From a bacterium (GTDB lineage: Bacteria; Patescibacteriota; Microgenomatia; UBA12405), in the NCBI GenBank assembly GCA_029561175.1, contig JAKQJL010000025.1:3582-67581 (forward strand): DNA of 64,000 nucleotides, in the 5' to 3' direction. A program made the position numbers and the translations under genes. This document shows, piece after piece, positions 9,941 to 17,039 of this stretch (its first letter is position 1; each line of letters starts with the position of its first letter). The notes under the pieces are model-generated. The model saw nothing but the letters and a program-made list of their open reading frames with translations, searched no databases and had not been told where the DNA came from.

Positions 9941-9973
9941 TTTGTATTTTCTAATGTTAAAATAATCACATTC

Positions 9974-12187
9974 ATGGATAAAACTTATCAGCCCAGCTCC
10001 GAAGAAAATATCTATCAGCTTTGGGAAAATTCAGGTGCCTTCACTCCCAAAATCGATCAATCTAAAACTCCTTTTACTGTAATTCTTCCTCCACCCAACG
10101 CCAACGAACCTCTTCATGCCGGCCATGCTCTCTTTACTGTCGAAGACATTATGGTTCGATATCACCGAATGTTAGGCGATCCTACTCTTTGGCTCCCTGG
10201 CACCGATCATGCCGGTATCGAAACCCAATTTGTTTTTGAAAAACATTTAAAAGCCGATGGCAAATCCCGTTTTGATTACGATCGCGACACTCTGTTTAAA
10301 TTAATTGCCGACTACGTCAACACCAATCGCGACATTGCCAAATCTCAAATGAAACGGCTCGGTTTTTCTCTCGACTGGACTCGTGAACGTTTCACTCTCG
10401 ACCCCGAACACAACGCTCGTGTCTTTGCTGTTTTCAAAAAAATGTCTCAAGATGGTCTAATCTATCGTGACGAAAAAATCGTTAATTACTGCACTTTTTG
10501 TGGCACCGCTTTTAGTAATCTTGAGGTCGTCCACAAAACTGTCGACTCTCATCTTTGGTATTTAAACTATGGCCCACTTGAAGTTGCCACCACTCGCCCC
10601 GAAACTATGTTAGGCGACACTGCCGTGGCCGTCAACCCCGCCGATCCTCGTTATCAAAAATTAATTGGTACTAAAATTAAACTTCCTTTAACCGATCGAG
10701 AAATTCCTATTATTGGGGAAGATTCTGTTGATCCCAAATTTGGCACTGGCGCCGTTAAAGTTACTCCTTCTCATTCTCCCGAAGACTATGACATGGCCAA
10801 AAAGCATGGCCTCGAATTTATTCGCATTTTCGATTACGATGGCCACAGCAACGACAATGTACCGCAGAAATACCGCAACCTTTTTCCCAACCAGCTTCGT
10901 CAAGCTGTCTTAGATGACCTTCAGCTTGCAGGATTGCTAACGAAAATAGACAATTATTCCCATGAAGTCGGACATTGTTACAAGTGTGGTCGCCCAATCG
11001 AGCCTATCACTGCTCCTCAGTGGTTTGTCAAAGTCGCTCCTTTAGCCCAAAAGGCCGCCGAAGTTGTTAAAGCCGATCAAGTCAAAATTTTCCCTACTCG
11101 TTTCAAAAAACAATTTTTAACTTGGATGAAAGATATTCGAGATTGGCCAATCTCTCGCCAAATTGTTTGGGGCCATCGCATTCCAGTTTGGTACAACTTA
11201 ACTGAAAATCCAAATATTCTAATCACTTATCTTGATCAAGATAAAAATATTATCACTAATTACGCTAAAAATTTAACAGAAAAATATTCAGAAGTTGCCG
11301 CTGGTTTACAAACTTTGCTTGCTCCCATCGGCGCAAAGTATTATTTTTCTAAAGAAGAAGCCTTAAAATCGAGTGAATTTGTTCTTCAAGAAACCGACAC
11401 TTTCGACACCTGGTTTAGCTCTGGCCAATGGCCCTATTCCACTCTTGGTTGGGATCCCAATGGCAATCATTCTCCCGATTTCAATTATTTCTATCCCACC
11501 TCAGTTCTCGATACCATGTGGGATATTCTCTTTTTCTGGGTGGCCCGGATGATTATGATGGGCATCTATGTTACCGGCGAAATTCCTTTTAAAGTGGCCC
11601 ACATGCATTCTCGAGTTCTCGACGGTAAAGGTCAAAAAATGTCCAAATCCAAAGGCAACACTATCAATCCAGTTACTATTGCTCAAAACTATGGTGCCGA
11701 TGCTCTTCGTTTGGCTCTAGTTATTGGTGTGGCTCCTGGTTCCGATATTGCCCTATCAGAGGATAAAATCAGAGCCCAGCGCAATTTTGTCAATAAAATC
11801 TGGAACGCCTCTCGTTTTGTCATGATGATTATCGACAAATATCCCGAGGCTGTTCTATCAGGGGGAGATTCAGATCCATTTTTCTCTAAGCTCAACTCTT
11901 TAATTGCTTCCACCACCAAAAACTTAAACACCTATCGTTTCGGTCAAGCCTCCGAAGATCTCTACACTTTCTTCTGGCATGAATTCTGTGATGTTTATAT
12001 CGAATCAATCAAAGACCGTGGTCCCGAGATTGTTTATCCTTTGGTCACCATTCTCACCACTCTCTTAAAATTAATTCATCCTTTTGCTCCTTTTGTCACC
12101 GAATCGGTTTATCAAGAACTCAACACCAAGTTGAAATTGCCACCATCAATGTTAATCACTTCACCTTGGCCCCATGAAATTCGCTAA
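9974..12187 (+). CDS. valS: Valine--tRNA ligase (short form, no C-terminal coiled coil)
   Basis: PPPNANEPLHAGH, GTDHAGIETQ, TTRPETMLGD, DWPISRQ, DTFDTWFSS, KMSKSKGN; start at MDKTY. Confidence 0.97.
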   Translation: MDKTYQPSSEENIYQLWENSGAFTPKIDQSKTPFTVILPPPNANEPLHAGHALFTVEDIMVRYHRMLGDPTLWLPGTDHAGIETQFVFEKHLKADGKSRFDYDRDTLFKLIADYVNTNRDIAKSQMKRLGFSLDWTRERFTLDPEHNARVFAVFKKMSQDGLIYRDEKIVNYCTFCGTAFSNLEVVHKTVDSHLWYLNYGPLEVATTRPETMLGDTAVAVNPADPRYQKLIGTKIKLPLTDREIPIIGEDSVDPKFGTGAVKVTPSHSPEDYDMAKKHGLEFIRIFDYDGHSNDNVPQKYRNLFPNQLRQAVLDDLQLAGLLTKIDNYSHEVGHCYKCGRPIEPITAPQWFVKVAPLAQKAAEVVKADQVKIFPTRFKKQFLTWMKDIRDWPISRQIVWGHRIPVWYNLTENPNILITYLDQDKNIITNYAKNLTEKYSEVAAGLQTLLAPIGAKYYFSKEEALKSSEFVLQETDTFDTWFSSGQWPYSTLGWDPNGNHSPDFNYFYPTSVLDTMWDILFFWVARMIMMGIYVTGEIPFKVAHMHSRVLDGKGQKMSKSKGNTINPVTIAQNYGADALRLALVIGVAPGSDIALSEDKIRAQRNFVNKIWNASRFVMMIIDKYPEAVLSGGDSDPFFSKLNSLIASTTKNLNTYRFGQASEDLYTFFWHEFCDVYIESIKDRGPEIVYPLVTILTTLLKLIHPFAPFVTESVYQELNTKLKLPPSMLITSPWPHEIR

Positions 12188-12617
12188 ACCCACTCTGCTG
12201 TTTATTTTAGTTTTAATACTACTAATTAATTTAGTTAGTTTTGCCAGAAACTACGACAAATACCGTCTAATGTCTTCAGTGCACACAATTTCGGCAGGGG
12301 AATCATATTATAGTCGGCTTCAACTTTGGTATCGTTTGGCATATTTAGGCAAATGGGATCAAGCTCAAAGTTTGGCTCAAAATCTAGTCTCTTCCGATTA
12401 TTCCAATTTTTATTTAAATCATCATCCTGTCGAATTAAAGAAGAACTTAAACCAGCTTGTTTTTAAACAAAATAAAACCGTCGAGGATTGGGCCGAATTA
12501 GCTCGTATTCAAATATCTCTCGGCAAAAAAACCGACGCCGTTAACTCTCTCAAATCAGCTCTCAATCTCGATCCTCTTCGTTCCGACCTTTCCCAAATCT
12601 ACTACTCTTTGAATTAA
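12174..12617 (+). CDS. Hypothetical TPR-like membrane-anchored protein
   Basis: N-terminal TM; WAELARIQISLGKKTDAVNSLKSALNLDP TPR-like. Confidence 0.65.
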   Translation: MKFAKPTLLFILVLILLINLVSFARNYDKYRLMSSVHTISAGESYYSRLQLWYRLAYLGKWDQAQSLAQNLVSSDYSNFYLNHHPVELKKNLNQLVFKQNKTVEDWAELARIQISLGKKTDAVNSLKSALNLDPLRSDLSQIYYSLN

Positions 12618-12624
12618 TAAAATA

Positions 12625-12655
12625 CGTATATCTTATATCGAATATCGTATTACGA
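12625..12655 (+). repeat. Heptamer tandem repeat at rplY 3' end
   Basis: CGTATAT CTTATAT CGAATAT CGTATTA CGA. Confidence 0.85.
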
Positions 12656-13330
12656 CTAATTCTCTTCTTTCTTGGCTGCTTCAGCTGCGGCTTTTTCTTC
12701 TTCAGTCTTTTGGTTAGTTGCTGGAACATCGCCTGGAGCAACAGTTTCCTCAGCTACTTCCTCAACTTCTTCCTTAGCTTCTTCAAGCTTAACAATCACT
12801 TGATCCAAAGCAGTTTTAATTTCTACTTTAGCCGTATCAACCACCAAATCAGCTACTGTAATTACTGAATCAACATTTTCTAGTTTAGAAATATCAACTT
12901 CAATTTTCTCTGGTAAATCAGTTGGTAAAGCTTCAACTTCAATTTCATCGGTAACTGGAACTAAAATCAAGCCAGCCTTAACGCCAGAAGATTCTCCAAT
13001 CATTTCCAAGGGCACATAAGTTGAAATTTTTTCTTTCAAATTCACTTTGTAGCAGTCAATATGCATTAAATTGCCCCATAATGGGTGATATTGAGGATTT
13101 CGGAACAAAATTGGATAGCTATTTTCACCTACAATTAAATCCACCAAACCGGATTCACCAGCATGATCGTAAGTTTTAATTAAATCTTTTTCAATAATTT
13201 GAACCGAAATTGGTTCAAATTTGTGGCCGTAAACAGTCGCTGGCAATACGCCATCTCGACGCAATTGCTTAACTTTTCGGCCTTTAATATCTCTAATTTG
13301 AGCAGTTAATTTAGTATTTACTTTTGCCAT
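12656..13330 (-). CDS. rplY: 50S ribosomal protein L25/CTC
   Basis: LRRDGVLPATVYG, QYHP..HIDCY, EALPTDLPEKIEVDIS, acidic tail. Confidence 0.96.
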   Translation of the reverse strand: MAKVNTKLTAQIRDIKGRKVKQLRRDGVLPATVYGHKFEPISVQIIEKDLIKTYDHAGESGLVDLIVGENSYPILFRNPQYHPLWGNLMHIDCYKVNLKEKISTYVPLEMIGESSGVKAGLILVPVTDEIEVEALPTDLPEKIEVDISKLENVDSVITVADLVVDTAKVEIKTALDQVIVKLEEAKEEVEEVAEETVAPGDVPATNQKTEEEKAAAEAAKKEEN

Positions 13331-13401
13331 ATCTTCCTTTTTACCTAATTGCTTTCGTTTTCACTACGGCGTTCGGTCCTAATAATAGGGCTATTATAAC
13401 A
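13331..13401 (-). promoter_or_regulatory. rplY extended -10 promoter and structured leader with SD
   Basis: TGtTATAAT at 13401-13393, hairpin ACCGAACGCCGUAGU-GAAA-ACGAAAGCAAUUAGGU, SD AAGGAAG. Confidence 0.6.
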
Positions 13402-13406
13402 GATAT

Positions 13407-13574
13407 CTATCGATTATTACCATTTAGTACCTTTTTACCTCTTTCTTGCTCTCTTTTTAGTTGCTGGGCTTTAGCTCTAGCTTCAGGAGTTTCTTGATGT
13501 CTATATATTCCTATAGGTTGTTTATTTTCTATTCCAACATCAAATTTTTTTCCACCAGATTCTATTATTGTCAT
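13407..13574 (-). CDS. Small hypothetical protein (55 aa)
   Basis: ORF MTIIESGG... preceded by TAAAAT-N5-ATG. Confidence 0.5.
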   Translation of the reverse strand: MTIIESGGKKFDVGIENKQPIGIYRHQETPEARAKAQQLKREQERGKKVLNGNNR

Positions 13575-13619
13575 GGCTGATTTTATCAAAAAGTAATCAT
13601 TCTTACAAAATATTGTTTT

Positions 13620-13653
13620 CGTATATCGAATTACTTATATCTAATGTTAAACT
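13620..13653 (+). repeat. Heptamer repeat and -10 box upstream of trpS
   Basis: CGTATAT CGAATTA CTTATAT then CTAATGTTAAACT; same block as upstream of valS. Confidence 0.75.
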
Positions 13654-13658
13654 CATCT

Positions 13659-14657
13659 ATGTCCAAACCTCGTATCCTTACCGGTGATCGTCCTACTGGC
13701 CCGCTTCATATCGGCCATTATTTTGGTGCTCTAAAAGATCGGGTTGCTCTTCAAGATAAATACGACACTTTTGTGATTATTGCCGATGTTCAGGCCTTAA
13801 CCGATAATTTTCTAACTCCTCAAAAAGTACGCGACAATGTTAAAGAAGTGGTTATGGATAATTTGGCCTCAGGTATCGATCCTCAAAAATCAACTATTTT
13901 TATTCAGTCAATGATTCCCGAAATTGCCGAGTTAACCGTTTATTATTCGAATCTAGTTACCGTTTCTCGTTTGGAACGCAATCCCACCACCAAAGAAGAA
14001 TTAAAACAAAAAGAAAAATTATTTAAAAACAATATTACCTATGGATTTTTAGGTTATCCAGTCAGCCAAGCTGCCGATATTACCGCTTTTAAAGCCGATT
14101 TAGTTCCAGTCGGAGAAGATCAGCTTCCCCATATCGAATTAGCTCGAGAAATTGCTAGAAAATTTAACGATATCTATGGCCAAGTTCTTGTCGAACCCAA
14201 AGCTAAAGTCAGCAATTTCCCTCGGGTCAAAGGTCTCGATGGCAACTCTAAAATGGGAAAAAGTTTAAATAATGCCATTTATCTTAGCGATTCTCCCGAC
14301 ACTATTCGTCAAAAAGTTAAAATGGCGTTTACCGATCCTCAAAAAATACGTCTAACCGATCCTGGCCATCCGGCTGATTGCATGGTTTATTACTATCATC
14401 AAATGTTTACCAATCCTTCCGATTTAAAAGTTATTGAATCAGAATGTCAAAGTGGTGCTCGTGGCTGTGTCGCTTGCAAAAATCAATTAGCCGATAACAT
14501 TATCGATTTTCTTTCTCCAATCCAACAAAAACGTCAATACTATCAATCTCATCCCGAAATTGTTGATCAAATCATCAAAGAGGGTACCGCCAAAGCCAAA
14601 CTGGTTGCTGCCGATACCCTCCGCCAGGTCAAAGAAAAAATGTTTTTAAATTATTAA
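13659..14657 (+). CDS. trpS: Tryptophan--tRNA ligase
   Basis: TGDRPTGPLHIGH, YPVSQAADI, VPVGEDQ, KMGKS. Confidence 0.97.
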   Translation: MSKPRILTGDRPTGPLHIGHYFGALKDRVALQDKYDTFVIIADVQALTDNFLTPQKVRDNVKEVVMDNLASGIDPQKSTIFIQSMIPEIAELTVYYSNLVTVSRLERNPTTKEELKQKEKLFKNNITYGFLGYPVSQAADITAFKADLVPVGEDQLPHIELAREIARKFNDIYGQVLVEPKAKVSNFPRVKGLDGNSKMGKSLNNAIYLSDSPDTIRQKVKMAFTDPQKIRLTDPGHPADCMVYYYHQMFTNPSDLKVIESECQSGARGCVACKNQLADNIIDFLSPIQQKRQYYQSHPEIVDQIIKEGTAKAKLVAADTLRQVKEKMFLNY

Positions 14658-14701
14658 TAATTGGCTTATTTTTGCTATAATCCAGAGTAATTGTGAAGTA
14701 T

Positions 14702-14775
14702 GGCAGGGTAGCTCAGTTGGTTAGAGCGTGGCATTCATAACGCCAAGGTCGCGGGTTCAAGTCCCGCCTCTGCTA
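14702..14775 (+). tRNA. tRNA-Met(CAT), probably elongator; no encoded CCA
   Basis: GGCAGGG/CTCTGCT acceptor stem, TAGCTCAGTTGGTTAGAGC D-arm, TTCATAA loop, GGTTCAAGTCC T-arm. Confidence 0.9.
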
Positions 14776-14855
14776 CGTATTCTTGTATTACGTATATCGT
14801 ATATCGAATTACGTATATCGCGTATTACGTATATCGAATATCGAATTGCGAATAT
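14776..14855 (+). repeat. ~11-unit heptamer array filling the spacer between two tRNA genes
   Basis: Units CGTATAT/CGAATTA/CGTATTA/CGAATAT/CGAATTG. Confidence 0.9.
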
Positions 14856-14929
14856 GGGCATGTAGCTCAGTTGGTTAGAGCACCGATCTTATAAGTCGGG
14901 GGTCCATGGTTCGAGTCCATGCATGCCTA
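14856..14929 (+). tRNA. tRNA-Ile(TAT/UAU); no encoded CCA
   Basis: GGGCATG/CATGCCT acceptor stem, CCGAT-CTTATAA-GTCGG anticodon arm, CATGG-TTCGAGT-CCATG T-arm. Confidence 0.9.
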
Positions 14930-14948
14930 CAAAATATCGAGAAAAAAC

Positions 14949-14974
14949 AAAAAAGCCGTCAAATTAATGACGAC
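14949..14974 (-). terminator. Intrinsic terminator
   Basis: GUCGUCA-UUAAUU-UGACGGC followed by U6 on the minus strand. Confidence 0.7.
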
Positions 14975-15029
14975 CTTCTTGTGATAATGTAGGTGGTTAG
15001 ACTCGTAAAAAGAATTATCACAGCCTAAC
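14949..15029 (-). ncRNA. Candidate ~80-nt pseudoknotted small RNA
   Basis: TGGACA-N17-TATTAT promoter (15064-15036); crossing stems GUUAGGCU/AGUCUAAC and GUGAUAAU/AUUAUCAC; ends in intrinsic terminator. Confidence 0.5.
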
Positions 15030-15053
15030 TCATAAATAATATCAAACAACATC

Positions 15054-15332
15054 TCACTTGTCCATATTATTCTTTAATATCTCAAACAAGTATTTTAATT
15101 GTTTTTTAATTACTCTCATTCCCATACTAGTTTTTAAATACTTTTCTCTAGCCTCTGCATCTTTTTTTAATAAATAAGCTTCATAGTAAATTAGTTTTAG
15201 TGGAACATAAGGTGCTGTTGAAAAATTTTTTCCTGAGTTATGTTCTAATAGTCTTCTTTTTAAGTCTGATGTTACCCCTTTGTATAGCCAATTACTTCGT
15301 TTTAATGATCGAAGAATATAAACATAATACAT
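15054..15332 (-). CDS. Stand-alone GIY-YIG nuclease
   Basis: YYVYILRS...LYKGVTSDLKRRLLEHNSG...LIYYEAY...AEAREKYLK. Confidence 0.92.
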   Translation of the reverse strand: MYYVYILRSLKRSNWLYKGVTSDLKRRLLEHNSGKNFSTAPYVPLKLIYYEAYLLKKDAEAREKYLKTSMGMRVIKKQLKYLFEILKNNMDK

Positions 15333-15349
15333 AAATCAATCATATACCT

Positions 15350-15438
15350 TCGGGTTATTATGGTCGCTTCGCGCCCAGCAACCCGATGAGGACGAAAGAA
15401 AAAGCCGCAAAAAGCGGCCTTTTTCTTTAATGTCCTCA
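15350..15438. other. Two long hairpins between tRNA-Met 3' end and GIY-YIG start
   Basis: TGAGGAC..AAAGAAAAAGCCGC/GCGGCCTTTTTCTTT..GTCCTCA and TCGGGTT..GCTTCGC..AACCCGA. Confidence 0.75.
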
Positions 15439-15439
15439 G

Positions 15440-15509
15440 TTGCGGGGCCGGGAGTTGAACCCGGCCTGTGAGATTATGAGCCTCACGTGCAGCCGTACAC
15501 TACCCCGCA
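15440..15509 (-). tRNA. tRNA-Met(CAT), initiator-like; no encoded CCA
   Basis: TGCGGGG/CCCCGCA acceptor stem, TGAGG-CTCATAA-TCTCA anticodon arm, CCGGG-TTCAACT-CCCGG T-arm. Confidence 0.85.
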
Positions 15510-15526
15510 TATCGTTTCGAACTCTG

Positions 15527-15898
15527 CTATTCTATCACACTCTTTTGTTTAGTAAACAACTCCCACCATTTCAACCAATTTGGAATTGTTCTGTCTTCAA
15601 AAAATTTGTTTTCATTAGGGTCTTCTAACTCTTTTTTCGGGTATTCTACCCAAATATTATTTTCGTCTCCTAAACCATAAACACCTCTAAGAATGCGATA
15701 CTGATATTCATCCGATTTTTGGTACTCAATTAAAAACTTCAAGTTTTTTATCTTATCCTGAATTTCTTCTAATTCATTTTTAGTAATTAGCAAATTTTCT
15801 TCAGCCGCTTTTAATGAATCATACTGTATCCTCAAATTATTTACTGCCGATAATGCCATAAAACCAGCTACTAGCATTATTAAAATTTTTTTAATCAT
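15527..15898 (-). CDS. Septum formation initiator (FtsB/DivIC-like)
   Basis: TM, coiled coil, SDEYQYRILRGVYGLGDENN, C-terminal PNWLKWWELF. Confidence 0.7.
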   Translation of the reverse strand: MIKKILIMLVAGFMALSAVNNLRIQYDSLKAAEENLLITKNELEEIQDKIKNLKFLIEYQKSDEYQYRILRGVYGLGDENNIWVEYPKKELEDPNENKFFEDRTIPNWLKWWELFTKQKSVIE

Positions 15899-15961
15899 TT
15901 AATTGTATATTATCCTAAATTGTGTTACTATAAGCTACATTTTAGCTATCTTATATAAATT

Positions 15962-16828
15962 ATGTCAGATTTGAATCTAGAAAACGCTTTAGTTTCGTTT
16001 TCCGAAGCGCTTGCCAAAAAAGGTAAGTCAACTAATACTATTGTAGCCTACAAGGGCGACATTAATCAGCTTAACAATTTTTTAAAAACTCAAAAAGTTT
16101 CTTTAATCGATGAGATTAAATCAGATCACATTGAGTCTTTTAAAAAAGATTTGTTAAAAAACAATTACACTGCCAAATCAGTTTCTCGAAAATTAAATTC
16201 GATTAAAAACTTTTTTGCTTATCTTCTCGATCAAGGAATGACAAAAGCCGATCCTTCGGTCGAAGTCAAACATCCAAAATACGAGAACGATTTACCAAAA
16301 ATATTAAAACCAATTGAATACCGTTCACTTCGCGATGCTTGTCGTAATGATATTCGCGCCACCGCCATTGTTGAACTAATGCTTCAAGCTGGTTTGAGAA
16401 TTAAAGAAATTGAAAATTTAAAACTCGAAAATGTTGCCGACCATGAGGTCTATGTTGAAAGTTACGAAAGTCATTCCGAACGTTCAGTTCCTCTCAACAA
16501 TTCCGCTCGTACTGCCATTAAGCGTTATCTCGATGACACCAGAAAAGATTCAAAATCAAAAAACGTTTTTGTTACCAAAACCGGTCGTCGCTTATTAGCC
16601 CGTAATATTCGTTCATTACTTAATCGTTATTTCGATAAAGCCGATATTAAAGGTGTCAAAGTCAACGATTTACGCAACACTTTCATTGTCTACCAATTAA
16701 AATCTGGTGTCCCCATCGATGTGGTTTCCCAAGTTGTTGGTCACAAACGTATCTCTACTACCGAAAAATATTTGGAATTAATCGATTCCAAAGAAGAATC
16801 CAAAGGCATCAAACTTAAAGAATTATAA
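15962..16828 (+). CDS. XerC/XerD-like tyrosine recombinase
   Basis: STNTIVAYKGDI, RKLNSIKNFF, GLRIKE, NDLRNTF, VGHKRISTTEKY. Confidence 0.92.
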   Translation: MSDLNLENALVSFSEALAKKGKSTNTIVAYKGDINQLNNFLKTQKVSLIDEIKSDHIESFKKDLLKNNYTAKSVSRKLNSIKNFFAYLLDQGMTKADPSVEVKHPKYENDLPKILKPIEYRSLRDACRNDIRATAIVELMLQAGLRIKEIENLKLENVADHEVYVESYESHSERSVPLNNSARTAIKRYLDDTRKDSKSKNVFVTKTGRRLLARNIRSLLNRYFDKADIKGVKVNDLRNTFIVYQLKSGVPIDVVSQVVGHKRISTTEKYLELIDSKEESKGIKLKEL

Positions 16829-16832
16829 AACT

Positions 16833-17033
16833 ATGTTGGCTAATTACCCAGAAAATTGTCCAAAAGGCTATAGAGGCGAAACAAACGTAGCCTGTTTTGG
16901 AGTAAACATTTTAATATTTCCTCTTGGAGTTTGTTCAAGGTGTGATGTATATTGGCAGAATCTTGATAAAAGAGTATTTGAAAGACATAAAGAAGCAGTA
17001 AGAACATCTCAACCAACTGAAAAAACTGATTAA
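16833..17033 (+). CDS. Small Cys-containing hypothetical protein
   Basis: 66-aa ORF filling the gap, 4 Cys including CSRC. Confidence 0.5.
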   Translation: MLANYPENCPKGYRGETNVACFGVNILIFPLGVCSRCDVYWQNLDKRVFERHKEAVRTSQPTEKTD

Positions 17034-17039
17034 AATAAG

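Noticed and set aside
11858-11874. AGGGGGAGATT in valS matching the tail of the 9264 palindrome
   Set aside because: Only 11 bp with no hairpin half; cannot be separated from chance
14776-14855. CRISPR array
   Set aside because: 7-bp tandem units with no spacers; no cas genes in the window
14949-15029. HDV/theta, pistol or fluoride-riboswitch identity for the pseudoknot
   Set aside because: L3/P1.1 and J4/2 residues, pistol P1, and the GGxGAUG fluoride core are absent
15382-15400. CCGATGAGGACGAAA resembling a hammerhead ribozyme core
   Set aside because: No CUGAUGA and no stem II before GAAA; the bases are explained by the long hairpin pairing with GTCCTCA
15440-15628. 62-aa ORF MRGRELNP...
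   Set aside because: Antisense shadow of tRNA-Met and the FtsB-like gene
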